A stretch of 64,000 bases of DNA, from NCBI GenBank assembly GCA_951406725.2, contig OX597838.1, positions 6,882,001 to 6,946,000 of the forward strand, written 5' to 3'. Numbering within the stretch: the first letter of the stretch is position 1; every line of letters begins with the position of its first letter. Under the pieces are notes generated by a model that did no database searches, was not told the DNA's origin, and saw only the letters and a list, made by a program, of their open reading frames with translations. Of the stretch, positions 27,781 to 42,161 are shown piece by piece. Made by a program: the position numbers and the translations under genes. The DNA comes from Octopus vulgaris (lineage: Eukaryota).

Positions 27781-27824
27781 TATGTATATACACTAGTGTA
27801 TAAGTATATATACATACATACATG

Positions 27825-28192
27825 TGGAGGTGCAAAGGCCCAGTTGCCAGGGCAACGGGCTCGCGGTTTCGATTACCAGACCGGATGTTCTGAGTGTTTA
27901 TTAAGCGAAAACACCTAAAGTTCCACGTGGCTCCGGTAGAGGGAGGTGGTGAACACTGCTATATTCTTTCACCACAAATTCCTCTCACTCTTTCTTCCTG
28001 TTTCACCTATATTTCAAAAGGGCCAGCCTTCCTTCTCGCAGTCTGTGTCACGCTGAATCAACCCGATAACTACTTTAAGGGTACACGTATCCGTGGAGTG
28101 CTCAGCCACTTGGACGTTAATTTCACGAGCGGGTTGTTCCGTTGATCGGATCAACTGGAACACACGTCGTAGTAACCGACGGAGTGCCACGC
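27825..28192 (+). mobile_element. SINE family C, near full length
   Basis: tRNA-like head tggaggtgcaaaggcccagt...ggtttcgattacc; 3' part gtggagtgctcagccactt...gttccgttgatcggatcaactggaac...ccgacggagtgcca. Confidence 0.75.
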
Positions 28193-28241
28193 CGTACATA
28201 TATAGTTATATACGTGTGTGTGTTTGTGTGTGTGTGTGTGC

Positions 28242-28299
<58 letters not shown>

Positions 28300-28389
28300 G
28301 GGTAACACACAGATACATATGTATACATATATATATGCAGAAGCATACACAGATAAATACGTACTTATTTATATGAGTATATATATATT

Positions 28390-28427
<38 letters not shown>

Positions 28428-28753
28428 AACATAACATTATATCAGTATATATGTATAATATTATATTCACTTTCACAAATACGTGTTTGTTTATTTGTAT
28501 GCGTGAGACTAAAAGATTCAGTTAAGCTTTGTCGAAGTGAAAACACCTTAATACAGTAACACCGCGTTTTATATTCAGGGTTCTTATTTTCTTATGAAGA
28601 AGCCCTGGAAGATTCAGAGTAAGATCTCTGACGTTTTAGGCATCATAAGATCTGAGATATGTTGAAGAGAGATTGTTGCTGCATATGTTAACTCGGAATC
28701 AACCACTTGGCCAAGCATGAGAAATTCAAAAATTGTATAGCCATGTGTGTATG

Positions 28754-28794
<41 letters not shown>

Positions 28795-28971
28795 TATATA
28801 TATATGTTTGTGTGTGTGTGTATATATATACACATATATACATATATGTATGTGTGTGTATGTAGCACAGTATATATATATATATATATATTATATGTGT
28901 GTATTTCTATGTGTACACATAGATAGAAATATGCATACATAAACTCACATATACAAATAATTGTCTATATT

Positions 28972-29468
28972 CAGTAATGCATCACTTTACAAGGGCCTGC
29001 TTTACGAGACCTCGGATTTACGATTTTTTTTTTTATAGCGTAAGATCTAAATTTTGAAAGAAGTACAAAAGTCTCCTCCACCATAACAAATGCTTCTGCA
29101 TGTTACTGAGAAATTCAGAGAACAAAAACTTAAAAAATGCATCTTCTAAACAAACGACACTAGATTTGGGTTTTAAAATCAAATCTACAAGTCCGTCTAC
29201 GAGTGCTTGTGAACCAGTGACCGCGTCTACAATTGATGCTGTGTGCAAGTGAACGTGATTTTGAAAACGTTTATAATATATATATATATCGTTGTTTTAT
29301 TGCCATTTATTTATGAGTATTAAAAATTTTAGAGATAAAATATTTTTTCTTGGAGCGAATTACGATATATAAAATTGCTACTATGAGAAATCATTGCCTT
29401 CCTTTACCAGTTTTCGCATTACGAGCGGTGTCTGTAAACATATATCATCTTGTATATCGACGTATTAT
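28972..29468 (+). mobile_element. degenerate Tigger/pogo-like DNA transposon derivative
   Basis: Starts cagtaatgcatcactttac and contains KQTTLDLGFK (Tigger-like C-terminal KQxTLDxFF motif). The right terminus is only weakly complementary. Confidence 0.4.
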
Positions 29469-29486
29469 AATATATATTACTGTATA

Positions 29487-29543
29487 ATCAACCTATTCAT
29501 GAATTGATCAACCTATTCATGAATTGATCAGCCTATTCATGAA
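29487..29543. repeat. 20-bp tandem repeat, about 3 copies (atcaacctattcatgaattg)
   Basis: Direct reading of the sequence. Confidence 0.9.
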
Positions 29544-30268
29544 ACAGCTGTAAAGGAGTAGCTGCATGCAGATGTGCCTGAACTGAAGACCACATAGTTC
29601 CCAAGCAAGCTTCTTAACAAAACAGACAAAACTGCGTTTGCAGAACCATGTCTGTATCTACATGAATATCCACTTACTCGTATATATACGCACATTTACA
29701 AATATATATATATATACGTAAACACATACATCCACACAATTACACAGCCATTCAGATTCGGCAAAGTAAAAGTGTAACTACAAATTAGTAAGTTTAAGAT
29801 ATGCAATCTATAATTATTAATGACGAAAGTTGGTTGAAGATAAAACGACATTTATAAGGTTCTTCGTTAATGAAGGAAGCGCCTCTGGATGATTGCATAT
29901 GAAAATATAACAGTTTTAATTGCAGAAAATCATTAAGAAGTTAGTTTAGTAAATATATCTAAGCGACTGTAACACTAGAAATATTGCATTGATTAATATA
30001 GTTTTACGTTAATCTAATCAACTAAAATATATGGAAGAAAGTTCTGCATAGTTAAACTGTAACTCTGTAAAATACGAGCAAATTTGTGTGTTTAGTGTAT
30101 AATGGAGGTGTGTGGCTTAAGTGCTTGTACTCATAATCGAAAGATTGCAGTTTCGATTCCTGGACGGGCCATGAATTGTGTTCTTAAGCGAAGCCCTTCA
30201 TTTTACGTTGCTCCAATCAATGCTAACATTGAACAATCCTGCAATAGACCAGCGACCGTTTCAGGAGG

Positions 30269-30334
<66 letters not shown>

Positions 30335-30335
<1 letters not shown>

Positions 30336-30561
30336 GGAGTAAACACATAAATATGAAACAAGGTGGAAAAAAGAGTACTCAAATACCAGTGGTAGAGTAA
30401 TATGCTTTATATAAAGCAGCAGAAAATTCAACAAAACCTGTTACTCTGAGTTTCACGTTCCCGATCGTCGGACAGTTTTTCTAGCAAAATCTGTCCGACG
30501 AACGGGAACGTGAAACTCAGAGTAGCAGGTTTTGTTGAATTTTCTGCTGCTTTAAATAAAG

Positions 30562-30565
<4 letters not shown>
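30335..30565. mobile_element. asymmetric fold-back PLE terminus in (TA)n with a hammerhead motif in each arm
   Basis: Inverted arms at about 30401-30479 and 30485-30565, one-sided tail at 30335-30400, (TA)n on both sides. Confidence 0.75.
30491..30528 (+). ncRNA. minimal type I hammerhead ribozyme variant (core CCGACGA); mirror copy at 30438-30475 on the minus strand
   Basis: ctgt-CCGACGA-acg-ggaa-cgt-GAAA-ctc-a-gag-TA-(g/a)cag: helix I, GNRA-capped helix II, palindromic helix III, GUA site. Confidence 0.7.
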
Positions 30566-30593
<28 letters not shown>

Positions 30594-30826
30594 AAAAAAA
30601 AGAGTGACAAAACTACAGAAGGCTTGTGTTATAATGTTAAAGAATATATTTAAGTCGTTATGTTAGAAAAATGTTATAAAATTTTGTGTATATTAACATA
30701 GTTTTTGGAGAAGTAACCGGTTTCGTATATTCTTTTCAAATTTCTCAAATTTCTTTACCTACATCGTGTCATGTCTTCGAACACCTAGCTGTTAGGCTTA
30801 AAGTGAGATTGAAACAGGGAGAAAGA

Positions 30827-30893
<67 letters not shown>

Positions 30894-31339
30894 GCTGTAT
30901 GCATTTATCTCTTGTAGCTATATTCGAAAAAGATTTATGAAAAAAAACCAAAAAAACAAAGTACCACACGGCTGGATCGAACCCAAAACTTAACTGATTA
31001 CAATATAATTCGATCTACGACAAAACCACACCTGCGCACCAAACTGAAATGCAGAAATACATGGAAAACATAACTTCAGACATATTTTAACGGGGGAAGA
31101 TAATAGAAGTAGCCACAATAAATCCTATCCAAGAATATATACATCACACGCTTTTTCCAGTGACGTTTATACAGTAGATCACATTTTCCAACTTGTCAGC
31201 GTTAAAATACTCTGTTTTATGTCGTGTAAGTTCGATTTGATAGAAATTATGTTCATCGTAAAATCATATTGGCTTTGGTTTTAACATTTATCATATATGG
31301 AGTGACTAATAAATTAACATACTTACACATGCAACTATG

Positions 31340-31341
31340 TA

Positions 31342-31399
<58 letters not shown>

Positions 31400-31518
31400 G
31401 AGAGAGAGTGAGATAGATGCATGTGTATGTATGTGTATGTCCCTGAAGAGTACGTAAGTATTGTGAGTTTGTGTGTACGATGCGTGTGTGTATATATATA
31501 TACATATATATATATATA

Positions 31519-31595
<77 letters not shown>

Positions 31596-31628
31596 GTATA
31601 TATATATATATATATATATGTATGTTTG

Positions 31629-31663
<35 letters not shown>

Positions 31664-31729
31664 GTATATATATATATATATATATGTATGTTTGTATATA
31701 TATATATATATATATATATTATGTATGTT

Positions 31730-31762
<33 letters not shown>

Positions 31763-31789
31763 GTATATATATATATATGTATGTATGTT

Positions 31790-31826
<37 letters not shown>

Positions 31827-31938
31827 TTGTATATATATATATATATATATATATAAACATACATACATATATATATATGCATATGCTGGTAAATAATGTA
31901 TACATATACGTGTAAATATATATATATATGTGTGTGTG

Positions 31939-31995
<57 letters not shown>

Positions 31996-32010
31996 GTATG
32001 TATGTATGTA
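31340..32010. repeat. large interrupted (TA)n satellite with recurring tgtatgtttg interruptions
   Basis: Direct reading of the sequence. Confidence 0.95.
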
Positions 32011-32318
32011 TATTAATATACATACCCACACTCATACGCTCCCGAGGGTGTCACATTTTTTTTCTCTCTATGTCTTGCTTTGTGTAAATGTCATTTTCAT
32101 TTCCACTAGCCTCGTTCTCATTCTTGTTTATTCGTTTCTTGCGCACCGTTTGCTAATATAAACTTTGAGAGTGTTTCTTGACCGTCACTGTCGATTTTTA
32201 TGTTAAAACCAAACGAATTTATCTCTACATTTCACACGTTTTTACTTCATTCTCTATCTCCCTGAAAACATCAGATAACTTTATATCTATGTATCCTTGC
32301 ACATATGTGTTTATACAC

Positions 32319-32381
<63 letters not shown>

Positions 32382-32390
32382 CATACTTAC

Positions 32391-32423
<33 letters not shown>

Positions 32424-33899
32424 CATACGTGTGTGTGTGTGTCTATACATGATTGTATATATGTTGCTGTGTATTTTACTACGTATGTATTCCTCTATGA
32501 GTGTGTATCTATGTACATGTATGTCTGTGTGTGCCAACATGGCTGAATATTTTACAGGTTCACTACCTTATGTCGTGGTTGCAATTTCAAATCCACACTG
32601 CAGCACCTTTGAGAAGTGGTTATGCGGCCGCAAACGGTCGCATGGTATCGTGAATGAAGTTTCGGGTAGGGTTTCCTCCAGAAGGTCGGTGTATCACCTA
32701 ACGTCTTATTTCGACTTTATTTAATCTCCCCAATGGCGAATATCCTGGAAATTCTGATTCAAACTGAAAATGATATATGTATATAGAAAACGTAAAACAA
32801 AACTTTTACTGAATTGTGCTGAAGTAGTCCAGGCTAGAATCAAAGCAGCATTAGTTTTAAATACCGGTTTTTATGAAGTTAATATAATGTATATACAGAC
32901 GTAGAAAGGTAACAGTTGTCACATACTGTCTCAGAGAAAACACTGAAAAACATTCTTGAGTTAAAAACAGCGTTTTGCTGTACACGGTTGGAAAGAAAGA
33001 GACGGCCTTTCGATATGATTTGGTCTCTTCAGTGACGAATAACCAGGACTTCCTGACCCAAGCCGAAAATGTTCGTTTTGATATGGAAATCAGTAAACAA
33101 ATCTTGCACAGTATTGTGGGAATCTAGCTTGACTAGAATTGAAGTAAGATACACATGTTAAAAAACAGACGTAGTTTAAAATATCGACGAAAATAATACA
33201 TGTACAAAGGAAAAAAAATAATACTTAGATTACAAAAGAATAATAACTATATTAAGCATGAAGGAAACTGTATTGCCAGTGTGTTCTTTACTGAAGCAAG
33301 CAAAACAAATTGAAACATTGTTTCTTGATCCATCGGTTCTCTGAACGAAGTCTTCTGCTTCAAATAGGCAAACCTCAAACCTTTTTGAGGGCCCTGTATA
33401 TTAAAAACAGGAATTATGGAACCGTATTTGCGTAATTCACCCTTTAAATCTAATTATCCTCATCGTAAAACATTTTTATGAGCTATAAATATTTGCACGC
33501 TGCAATAACTTTGCTAGAAGTGAGAAAACATCTTGGTTCATTCGAATTCAACAAACGAAACAACCCATGCTATAAACGATTATTAACGTCGACAAAATTT
33601 CAGTCTCTCTCTTGAGGGATTTATTTGAGGACAAATAAATACGGTTCGATTACGAGTCATTCAGGACGAGTGCAAATCCTTTGACATTGTGAAATACTGA
33701 CCTGAATCTCTTATCTCCGAGAGACTCTGCGATGCAAGCAACCATATTACTGTGTGTCTTTAAAATTCAATAATGTTCACATAACATCAGATCTACAGAG
33801 AGATGTGTTCAAGCATAAATGGCAGTGGAAGCACACCAAGGAGGATTACATTGAAGCCAATATGGAGCATCTCATTATTTTACAGCGAGCGATTGGCAT

Positions 33900-34263
33900 A
33901 ACCACATGTTTCCGGGTTCAGTCCCTTCGCTCGGAACCTTTTAGTCTCCAACGATAATCTCGGGCCGGCCAAAGTTTTCAGAGTGGATTTGGTAAACGGA
34001 AACGGAAAGAAGACCGTCGCACACAACCATGTATGTATGTATGTATGTATGTATGTATGTATGTATGTATGTATGTATGTATGTATGTATGTATGCATAC
34101 ATGCATGTATGTATGTATATATGTATGTATGTATTTATGTATGTATGCATGTATGTATGTATGTAAGTATGTATATATGTATGTATATATGTATGCATGT
34201 ATGTATGTATGTATATATGTATGTATATATGTATGCATATATGTATGTATGCATATATGTATG

Positions 34264-34295
<32 letters not shown>

Positions 34296-34600
34296 CATAT
34301 ATGTATGTATGTATGTATGTATGTAGGCATATATGTATGTATGTATGTATATATGTATATATGTATGTATGCATATATGTATGTATGTATGTATGTATGT
34401 GCCTTTCTGTCTATGTGTTGTCTACCATCACCGCTTGACAACCGAAGATGGCCTGCCTACGTCCGCGTAACTTAGCGGTTCGGTAGGATTGGCACAAGTC
34501 TTTGAAAATAATAAGTACTGAGGGTTGAGTCGCTCGAGTGAAGTTCTTCAAGGTGGCGTCCTACAATGGCCGGAGTCTAATAACCGATACAAGTATTAGA
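33900..34600 (+). mobile_element. SINE family A copy whose internal tract has expanded to ~370 bp of (TATG)n
   Basis: 5' half at 33900-34020 (ccgggttcagtccc...gtggatttggtaaacggaaac) and 3' half at 34425-34600 (cgcttgacaaccg...cttagcggttcgg). Confidence 0.8.
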
Positions 34601-35327
34601 ACAAAATATATATTAGATGTGTATATTCTACTCACGTTCCAAATATTTCCTATAGAGATTTTCCCGTATGAATACTGTATAATAATGTATTCTGACTAAT
34701 GTCTCTCAACCCCTCTCTCTATCTCTCTCCTCCGTTTAGCAAATTCCTTCTGTATTTCACCCCTTTAGCATTACACCAGATCTACACTCCCAATGTCTGA
34801 CCCATAGTTATAGCTTGTCATCTCCCCCGTGTCCCCCAAAACCATCCATTATATTTCTTACGTTCTTAAGAACCTAAACCGCAGCACACGCAATGTTTCA
34901 TAGGAAAATAATATTTATATGTCTTTAACACTTTTGCACTGGAATTACTCTCAACTGATCTCTTTAATCTAGAGTGTATTCAATTCCACCAGTATTCACC
35001 TAAGTCCAACAGCAAATGGAATACAATAACACAGAAGGAAATCTAACCTACCTCGGTTGCTCGCTGCTAAAGGCTATGGCCCTATATTTTCCAGCCACTA
35101 CTTTGTTCGTACAGGTGTACATATATACAAACATATACATACATATATGTAACTCTCTCTGTCTCTCTCTCTATTTATATATGCATATTCTGAGGAAGGC
35201 TAGCAGGGGGAAACTTAAGAACTGCTGTCACTATCTCGATGAAAAATAGATAGTAATACCTCAGGTCAAAGGAAAAATTGTTGCATTCCTTCTTAACGTA
35301 AGGCAAAATACATAATACATGCATACT

Positions 35328-35374
<47 letters not shown>

Positions 35375-36438
35375 GTGTGTGTGTGTGTGTGTGTATACAT
35401 ATATATATATACACACACACTTCCATATATGTCTTTATACATATGCATATATACATATAAATAAATAAATATATATATATATATATATACATAATTATGT
35501 ATATATATATTTATATATATATATATATACATAATTGTGTATACGCATTCATATACATATATGTCTATATACGTATGCATATAACGGGAATGAGGTATGC
35601 GTGTGTATGTATTTGTATTCTAATCAATAACAAAGAATATGATTTCATTCTTCAAATACAAACGACGTTAAAAGTCTTAACCTTTCAAACGGTAAAGATT
35701 CCAATCTTGTTTATTCTTCAAGAACCATCATCACCATCACTACTATTACGACGACGACGACCTCCTCCTCCTCCACCACCACCACCAACAACAACAACAA
35801 CACCACCTCCTCCACCATTATCATAATCATAACCATTATTATTACTTTTGCTTTTTTTTCTTCTTCTTGCCATCTTTTTTTCTGCCTTTCATGAATGTAA
35901 TTCTTTGTAATAACAGTTTGGAAACGGCTTCATTTCAAGCGATTGACCTTGACATTTCAGTAAGGTTGCCCTTGAAATTTCCAACCTCATAATACCGAAA
36001 GGGTTACCAATAAATCGATTGGTTAATTTAAAAGTGTTGGTGTTGACGTTGGTGGTAATAGCAGCGATGGATGTTGGGGGATGTGTTAGTCTCAGATATT
36101 CATTGAAACTATCGCATCTGGAATAACATAGCACCTTATTCAGAGGCATTAGACAATGAAATATAAAACTACAGTAGCCACTCATATATACATACACACA
36201 CATATGTATGTATATATATATATATGTGTGTGTGTGCGTGTGTTTGCTTGTGTGCATGTATATGTATGTAGCTATCCAAGTATCCATCCATACATCTATA
36301 CATATTTACATGCATACATCTATTTATCAATCTATATATCTATCTATCTGTATGTGTGTCTAACTGTTTGTCTGACTGTCTGTCTGTCTATCTTTGTCTC
36401 TAGATGTGTATGTGTATATATATGTGTGTATACATGTT

Positions 36439-36502
<64 letters not shown>

Positions 36503-37145
36503 CATTGTGCGTGTATATATATATGTGTATATATATATATATGTGTGTGTGTATGTATATATATATATACTTGTGTATGAATATATGTTTGTATATATAT
36601 ATGTATATACATGTATGTATATTACCTTGTGCACAGACACACACACACGTAATACATACATGTTCTTAGAGGGCGTCTGATAGAACGGGAGATGGAGGCT
36701 GGTACCTTACTGCTCAGTGTTTTGCACTCATGATCGTAATATAGTAGATACGATTCTTAGACTGGAAGAAGACTTTGTATTTTTTAGCAATTCATTCATC
36801 TTACGTTTCTCCGGTACTCCCAGCTTTTTTATTTAGCCCCCAAGATAAACCGTTTCTAGTTGGCTACGCGACACATGCGGTCTTTGTCCCGAAGTACGTC
36901 ATGAAGATTCGTCTTGAAGTTTTCAAGGGTTTGCTGGGTGGAGGTGCTTATCTCCCCTGAGGTCAATATAATCGATTGGTTCCCTTTCTCATTTGCCCTT
37001 AGAAGAAATGATTATTATAGCGCAAACGGGTTCGATGAATTAAGTAACAGTTAAGTAATGGGGTCGATGTAATCGAGTATCCCCCACCACACCAAATTTC
37101 AGGCCTTGTTCGTATAAGAAAAAAATAATTAAAAAGGATTGTTAA

Positions 37146-37800
37146 AGCGAGATCTGGCAGAATCCTTAGCACGCCAGACTAAGTGTTTTGCGGGATTTCG
37201 TTCGTTTTTACCTTCTAATTTCAAATTCCACCATGGACAGCTTTACCTTTCGTCTCTTCGGCGTCGATGAAATAAGTACCTATTTCTTTACTACCCACAA
37301 GGGGGTAAACATAGAGTGGACAAACAAGGACAGACAAAGGGGTTAAGTGTATAATATCGACCCCAGTGTGTAACTGGTACTTATTTAATCGACCCCGAAA
37401 AGATGAAAAGCAAAGTCGACCTTGGCCGAATTTGAACCCAGAACGTAACGGCAGACGAAATACCACTAAGCATTTCGCCCGGCGTGCTAACGATTCTGCC
37501 AGCTCGCCGCCTTAATAAATACGTACCAGTTGAGTACTGGGTTTGATATAATCGATTAAGTCCTCCCCTCAAATTTCAGGCTTTGTGCCCTTAGAAGAAG
37601 GAATTATTAAAGCGGCATCTGGCAGGAACGTTGCCCGCTGGTTTAAATGCTTAGCGGCATTTCGGTTCAGATGCCGCCTAGGTCGATTTTATCTTTCATA
37701 CTTTCAGCGTCGATAAAATAAGTACCAGCTGGCACTTGGGTCAATGTAATCGACATACCCATCCTCCGAAATCGCTGGCCTTGTGCCGAAATTTGAAGCG
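37146..37800. mobile_element. nested cluster of SINE family B copies
   Basis: A younger minus-strand copy (37281-37512) interrupts an older plus-strand copy at aaata(a/c)gtacc, which is duplicated on both sides. A further degenerate copy follows. Confidence 0.8.
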
Positions 37801-38889
37801 ATTGTTCCATTTACTACTTATTGTAATTTCTCTTCAGTTTTAACAAAATATTTCGATTACTATCTCATTCGCTAAAGAATTTACTACAAATATTAATTGT
37901 TTTCCGGTTTGTTTGTTTCAGTTTCTTTTATACTTTACGCTTTGTTTTAAATATTTATTTCTACTTCATCACAATGTCAAACGTATCAGTGTAAAAATCG
38001 GACATTAAAAAGAAAAATCTTCAGCACTAAAGAACGATTTTATTATTTTTACGGTAAAAGATTGTAAAATTTCGACAAACAATCGAAAGAAAAAGTAGAT
38101 ACTCTGAAATAAACGGATACCTGAAACCCGCCTGCCAAAAAGCCTTTTATATAAACATATAAATGAGTAAAGAGCGGAATATAAGGATTTTAATGATAAC
38201 AAAACCAACAGGTAATGGATTCTACAACTATTAGTGTTTCTAATGTAGCATAATTACTTCTGACAAAAATTACAGATCTCCTACTAAAAAAATCAAACAC
38301 GGTTTCCAAAATACGTTCAAGTTGGCTGTGCGATGAAAGTGTTCAGAGCCTGAATTATAACCAAGTAGTACGGGTTTCGATCCCCCACCGCATTGCAAAT
38401 TTTGCATGTGGGTATTTTTTTTTTTTTTGTTTTTTGGATGATTTAATTACAGCAGTTATTATAGTCCGCTGTTTGTATTATAGTTATGCATCGTTGTGTC
38501 ATTCAAAACATTTTATTCTTTACAAACAACACACAATGCATCAAGCGAACTACAATACTCTCCTATCTTTTTTAAAATTTTATATACTGTTTTTTTTTAT
38601 ATATTCTACTCTAATGAAGTCTCCTGAGTAAATTTCGGAGACATATCCTAGGATACTGAGAAAAAGGCCGTCGCGGGACGTGTTGCTTGGATACACGTGT
38701 ATTTCTATTTCTCCACTTTTCCTCTTATTGTTTGTTTTCTTCCATTTCTTTCAGAAGAAGAGTGAATGCTCGAAAAGCAAAAGAGATTTCCTTCTTTTCC
38801 TTTTTCCACTTCTTTAACATTTTAGTTTAGTTCTTTCCCTCGAGTTTCTGCCGAATTTTTTTGCATTGTATATATGAGATATATATATC

Positions 38890-38923
<34 letters not shown>

Positions 38924-38929
38924 TGACCG

Positions 38930-39121
38930 CGTGTGTATCGTTTGCTATTTTCTTTCTCCGTCTTCCCTTCCTTGGACCTTTCCTTTTCCTATGTTCCTGA
39001 CGAAGAGATCCGCTCGAAACGTTAGATCCTCCTTCTTTCTTTCCTTTCCTGAGCGTCCAATAACACTATACCTGTTCCACGTCCTCACGTTGTTGTGTTT
39101 TCTCTTTGTTCATGCTTGGCT

Positions 39122-39126
<5 letters not shown>
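38930..39126 (+). mobile_element. PLE 3'-end relic with small hammerhead-like motif (38992-39028), ending in (TA)n
   Basis: CTGACGA-a-gag-atccg-ctc-GAAA-cg-TTA with palindromic aacgtt. A degenerate sibling lies at 38751-38776 (cagaaga-a-gag-tgaatg-ctc-GAAA). Confidence 0.6.
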
Positions 39127-39163
<37 letters not shown>

Positions 39164-40386
39164 ATGTGTGCGCGTGTGTATGTCGTAAAACACCGCGAAT
39201 ACTTACTAAAACTTCGTCATAAATAGGACTTCTTCGAAACATCTCTTTACGTCAATTATCACATCTTGATATTCTAGATGTTGTATGTGCCTGTGTTTGC
39301 GGTTGAGTGTGTGATGGTGGTGGTGGTGGGGGGCGGGGACATGTATTTATATTACACATCGATATATGGATTGCGAGCGAGACTAAGTGAGAGAAAGAGA
39401 GAGAGAGAGAGAGAAAAATAATTATACTCGAGCATCCGAGTGTAGGGGCCGCTGAGTACAGGATGATATAACTAAGTACGTGAAAAAGTCAGGACTGCGG
39501 TCGATAAAATGTATTAAGGCGTTTGGAAACTTTACCGAAGCATGAAGATTGTTGAATGGTGAGAGAAACCGAAAATAATAAAACAACATGGACGCCAGAA
39601 GCATAGTTTTATGTGGAATGTTACAGTAACTAATATACAGAATCGCCTCCCATTTCGCGATTGGATGGGCATAATATCAGTCGAGAAAATGCTAGGAACG
39701 ATATTAAAATCAGAATTACTTCTACTCCGAATATAAGTTGACGAAATATCAGAATCGTTAGAGCCTATAATCAAATGTTTGGCAATATTTATTCCTGAAG
39801 TTTGACTTCAATTCTTGGGCTTTAATCCTTTTCGGGCTGATAAAATAAATTACTTTTTTACGTGGCAGTGGATTCGGGTAGATTAGGTGCGTTGGAGATA
39901 CTGCTTTAGGGTAGACTCAGCACAAGAGATAGAACGGTTAGACGTAACTGGAATGGGTGTGGACAGTCAGCTAAATCAGGGTGAAGCTAGTACGAATCAA
40001 TACCACCAACATCAACGAGAACATGAAATGGTCGGTGATATTCTATGACAGAACACTATTCACACATTAAACCTATTATTAATACCATTCCTTCTGTGAA
40101 AGCGTTAAGGGAAGTAAAGTTGTTGGGTTTTATTTATTTATTTATTTATTTATTTAATTTTTGCTGTTTCAACAAATATATTTTGTCTTCACTTCTCCTT
40201 GATTTAACTTAATTTACTATTCCCTCGATAGACAACGTATTATAATCTTTCACTATTGTATTCATCTTCAGATATTTAATCACATAGATGTGCTCGGCGC
40301 ATTACTATTAGGTATTTGAAATATTGGAAATAAGTCTATCTGTTGCCAGAAAGTATCACCCACGAGATTGAAAACATTACACCGTT

Positions 40387-40389
<3 letters not shown>

Positions 40390-40485
<96 letters not shown>

Positions 40486-40604
40486 TCACTCACTCACTCA
40501 CTCACACACACAGAGGCACGCACACAGATTCAGGCATACACACACTTAACACACACATATATAAAAGGGTATTTTGTTATGTAAGTATATATATGTATAT
40601 TTGC

Positions 40605-40672
<68 letters not shown>
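40390..40672. repeat. long perfect (CA)n (~90 bp) and (TA)n tracts
   Basis: Direct reading of the sequence. Confidence 0.95.
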
Positions 40673-40674
<2 letters not shown>

Positions 40675-40799
40675 TCTGTATTTGCGACGGAAACAGCTTT
40701 AGTTCCAATCAGCAACATATATATCATATTTAAAAGATGTACAATATTGAAAATTTCTAAGTTTCAGAACTTGACAGACGATTTCTCAAGACGAATGTT

Positions 40800-41387
40800 G
40801 CAGATATATTTCCAGAACACTCTGCAGTCAGGGCTGGTTCTTATGCGTTCTTCAGTCACAAGCACTGCTTTTCCCTTTTTGTCACTTGCTTGAGGTGGTT
40901 GGATGATCTATAGGGTCTTCTATTCTCATCTGTTTTATGCTGTCTATTTTTCTCTTCAGCATCACAACCATTTTTCCTATCAAGTCGAACTGCTGCCGTC
41001 TCCCAAATTGCAAATTTGTAATTTTTTTGGAGTGTTTGTGCAGTACTGATGCACAAACATCATGTTTTGAAATACAGTGTTGACACTCCGGAATCGTCTA
41101 ATTCAAACAAATTTGGGCTTTGTATCTCATCACTGTAACCAATTCCAGTGTGCTTTGTTCTAGTCAAAGCGATTGGTTTGCAGATGATGGTGTTTCTTGC
41201 TTCTGCCTATAAGAGATAGATTGCCAATGATCACAGTATGATTGGAGTCACCTACAGGTTCATTTGTCGTAGCACTGATAATAGTTTCAGTGGTAAAGAG
41301 AAGGTCCAATGTTTAGCTACCTCTTGTAGGGGAGGAGACTGCTTGGGACCAGTTTGCATCTAGCACAACATCAAGGAAAGTGGAAAA
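40800..41387 (-). pseudogene. CR1/L2/Jockey-type LINE ORF2 fragment (APE endonuclease C-terminal part and linker)
   Basis: Minus frame from 41387 reads FSTFLDVVLDANWSQAVSSPTRGS*TLDLLFTTETIISATTNEPVGDSNHTVIIGNL...RFD*NKAHW, matching the Q.V..PTR..N.LDL, SDH and KADW motifs. Contains stops. Confidence 0.75.
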
Positions 41388-41692
41388 TTACTATTTGTAA
41401 ATCTCACGACGAGAAATAGTCACTAACAGTACTTTGGAGTAAAGATTGTTTTCCAACATAACATGGCAGTCCTACTTTCGAAAATATAAGTCCTGTATTC
41501 CAAAATATAAGGACCAGAGATCTTGTCGTATAGCCAGATAGAGACGATGCCTCCTGGGGCTAAATTACGGCAACATTCGTCCTAAACCATGATTGTTATG
41601 CTATGTTGTCAAACAGTCTTTACATCAAGGAAATTGTCTGCACTTTGCGATACACAAACACACAAATACACACACATATACTCTTCTATATA

Positions 41693-41778
<86 letters not shown>

Positions 41779-42061
41779 GAACAAACGTTTTGCCGTAGAA
41801 ATATATTCAACTATTTCCAGTTTATGTAACTTTAATTGAAGATTGGCTTCTACTTCCAACGTCCAGCTCGAAACCGCGAGACCGTTTGACTTCGGCGAAT
41901 AAGCAATATTTGTTTGGAAACGTTAGAAATGCAAATGTATATATGCATATCTATCTATATGTCTGTCCGACTATCTAACTATCTATCTACCTATCTGTCT
42001 GTCTGTTTATCCATCTAACACCCATCTCTCACTAAATACATACTCACATACATATATATAT

Positions 42062-42126
<65 letters not shown>

Positions 42127-42127
42127 T

Positions 42128-42161
<34 letters not shown>

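Noticed and set aside
32750-33400. Possible Tc1-like relic (FSDE-like motif; terminus gagggccctg|ta)
   Set aside because: Too degenerate to delimit or translate with confidence.
40800-41130. piggyBac-like transposase (DCRVFW, TKPKFV)
   Set aside because: The adjacent frame shows much clearer LINE APE-endonuclease motifs, so the piggyBac resemblance is likely coincidental.
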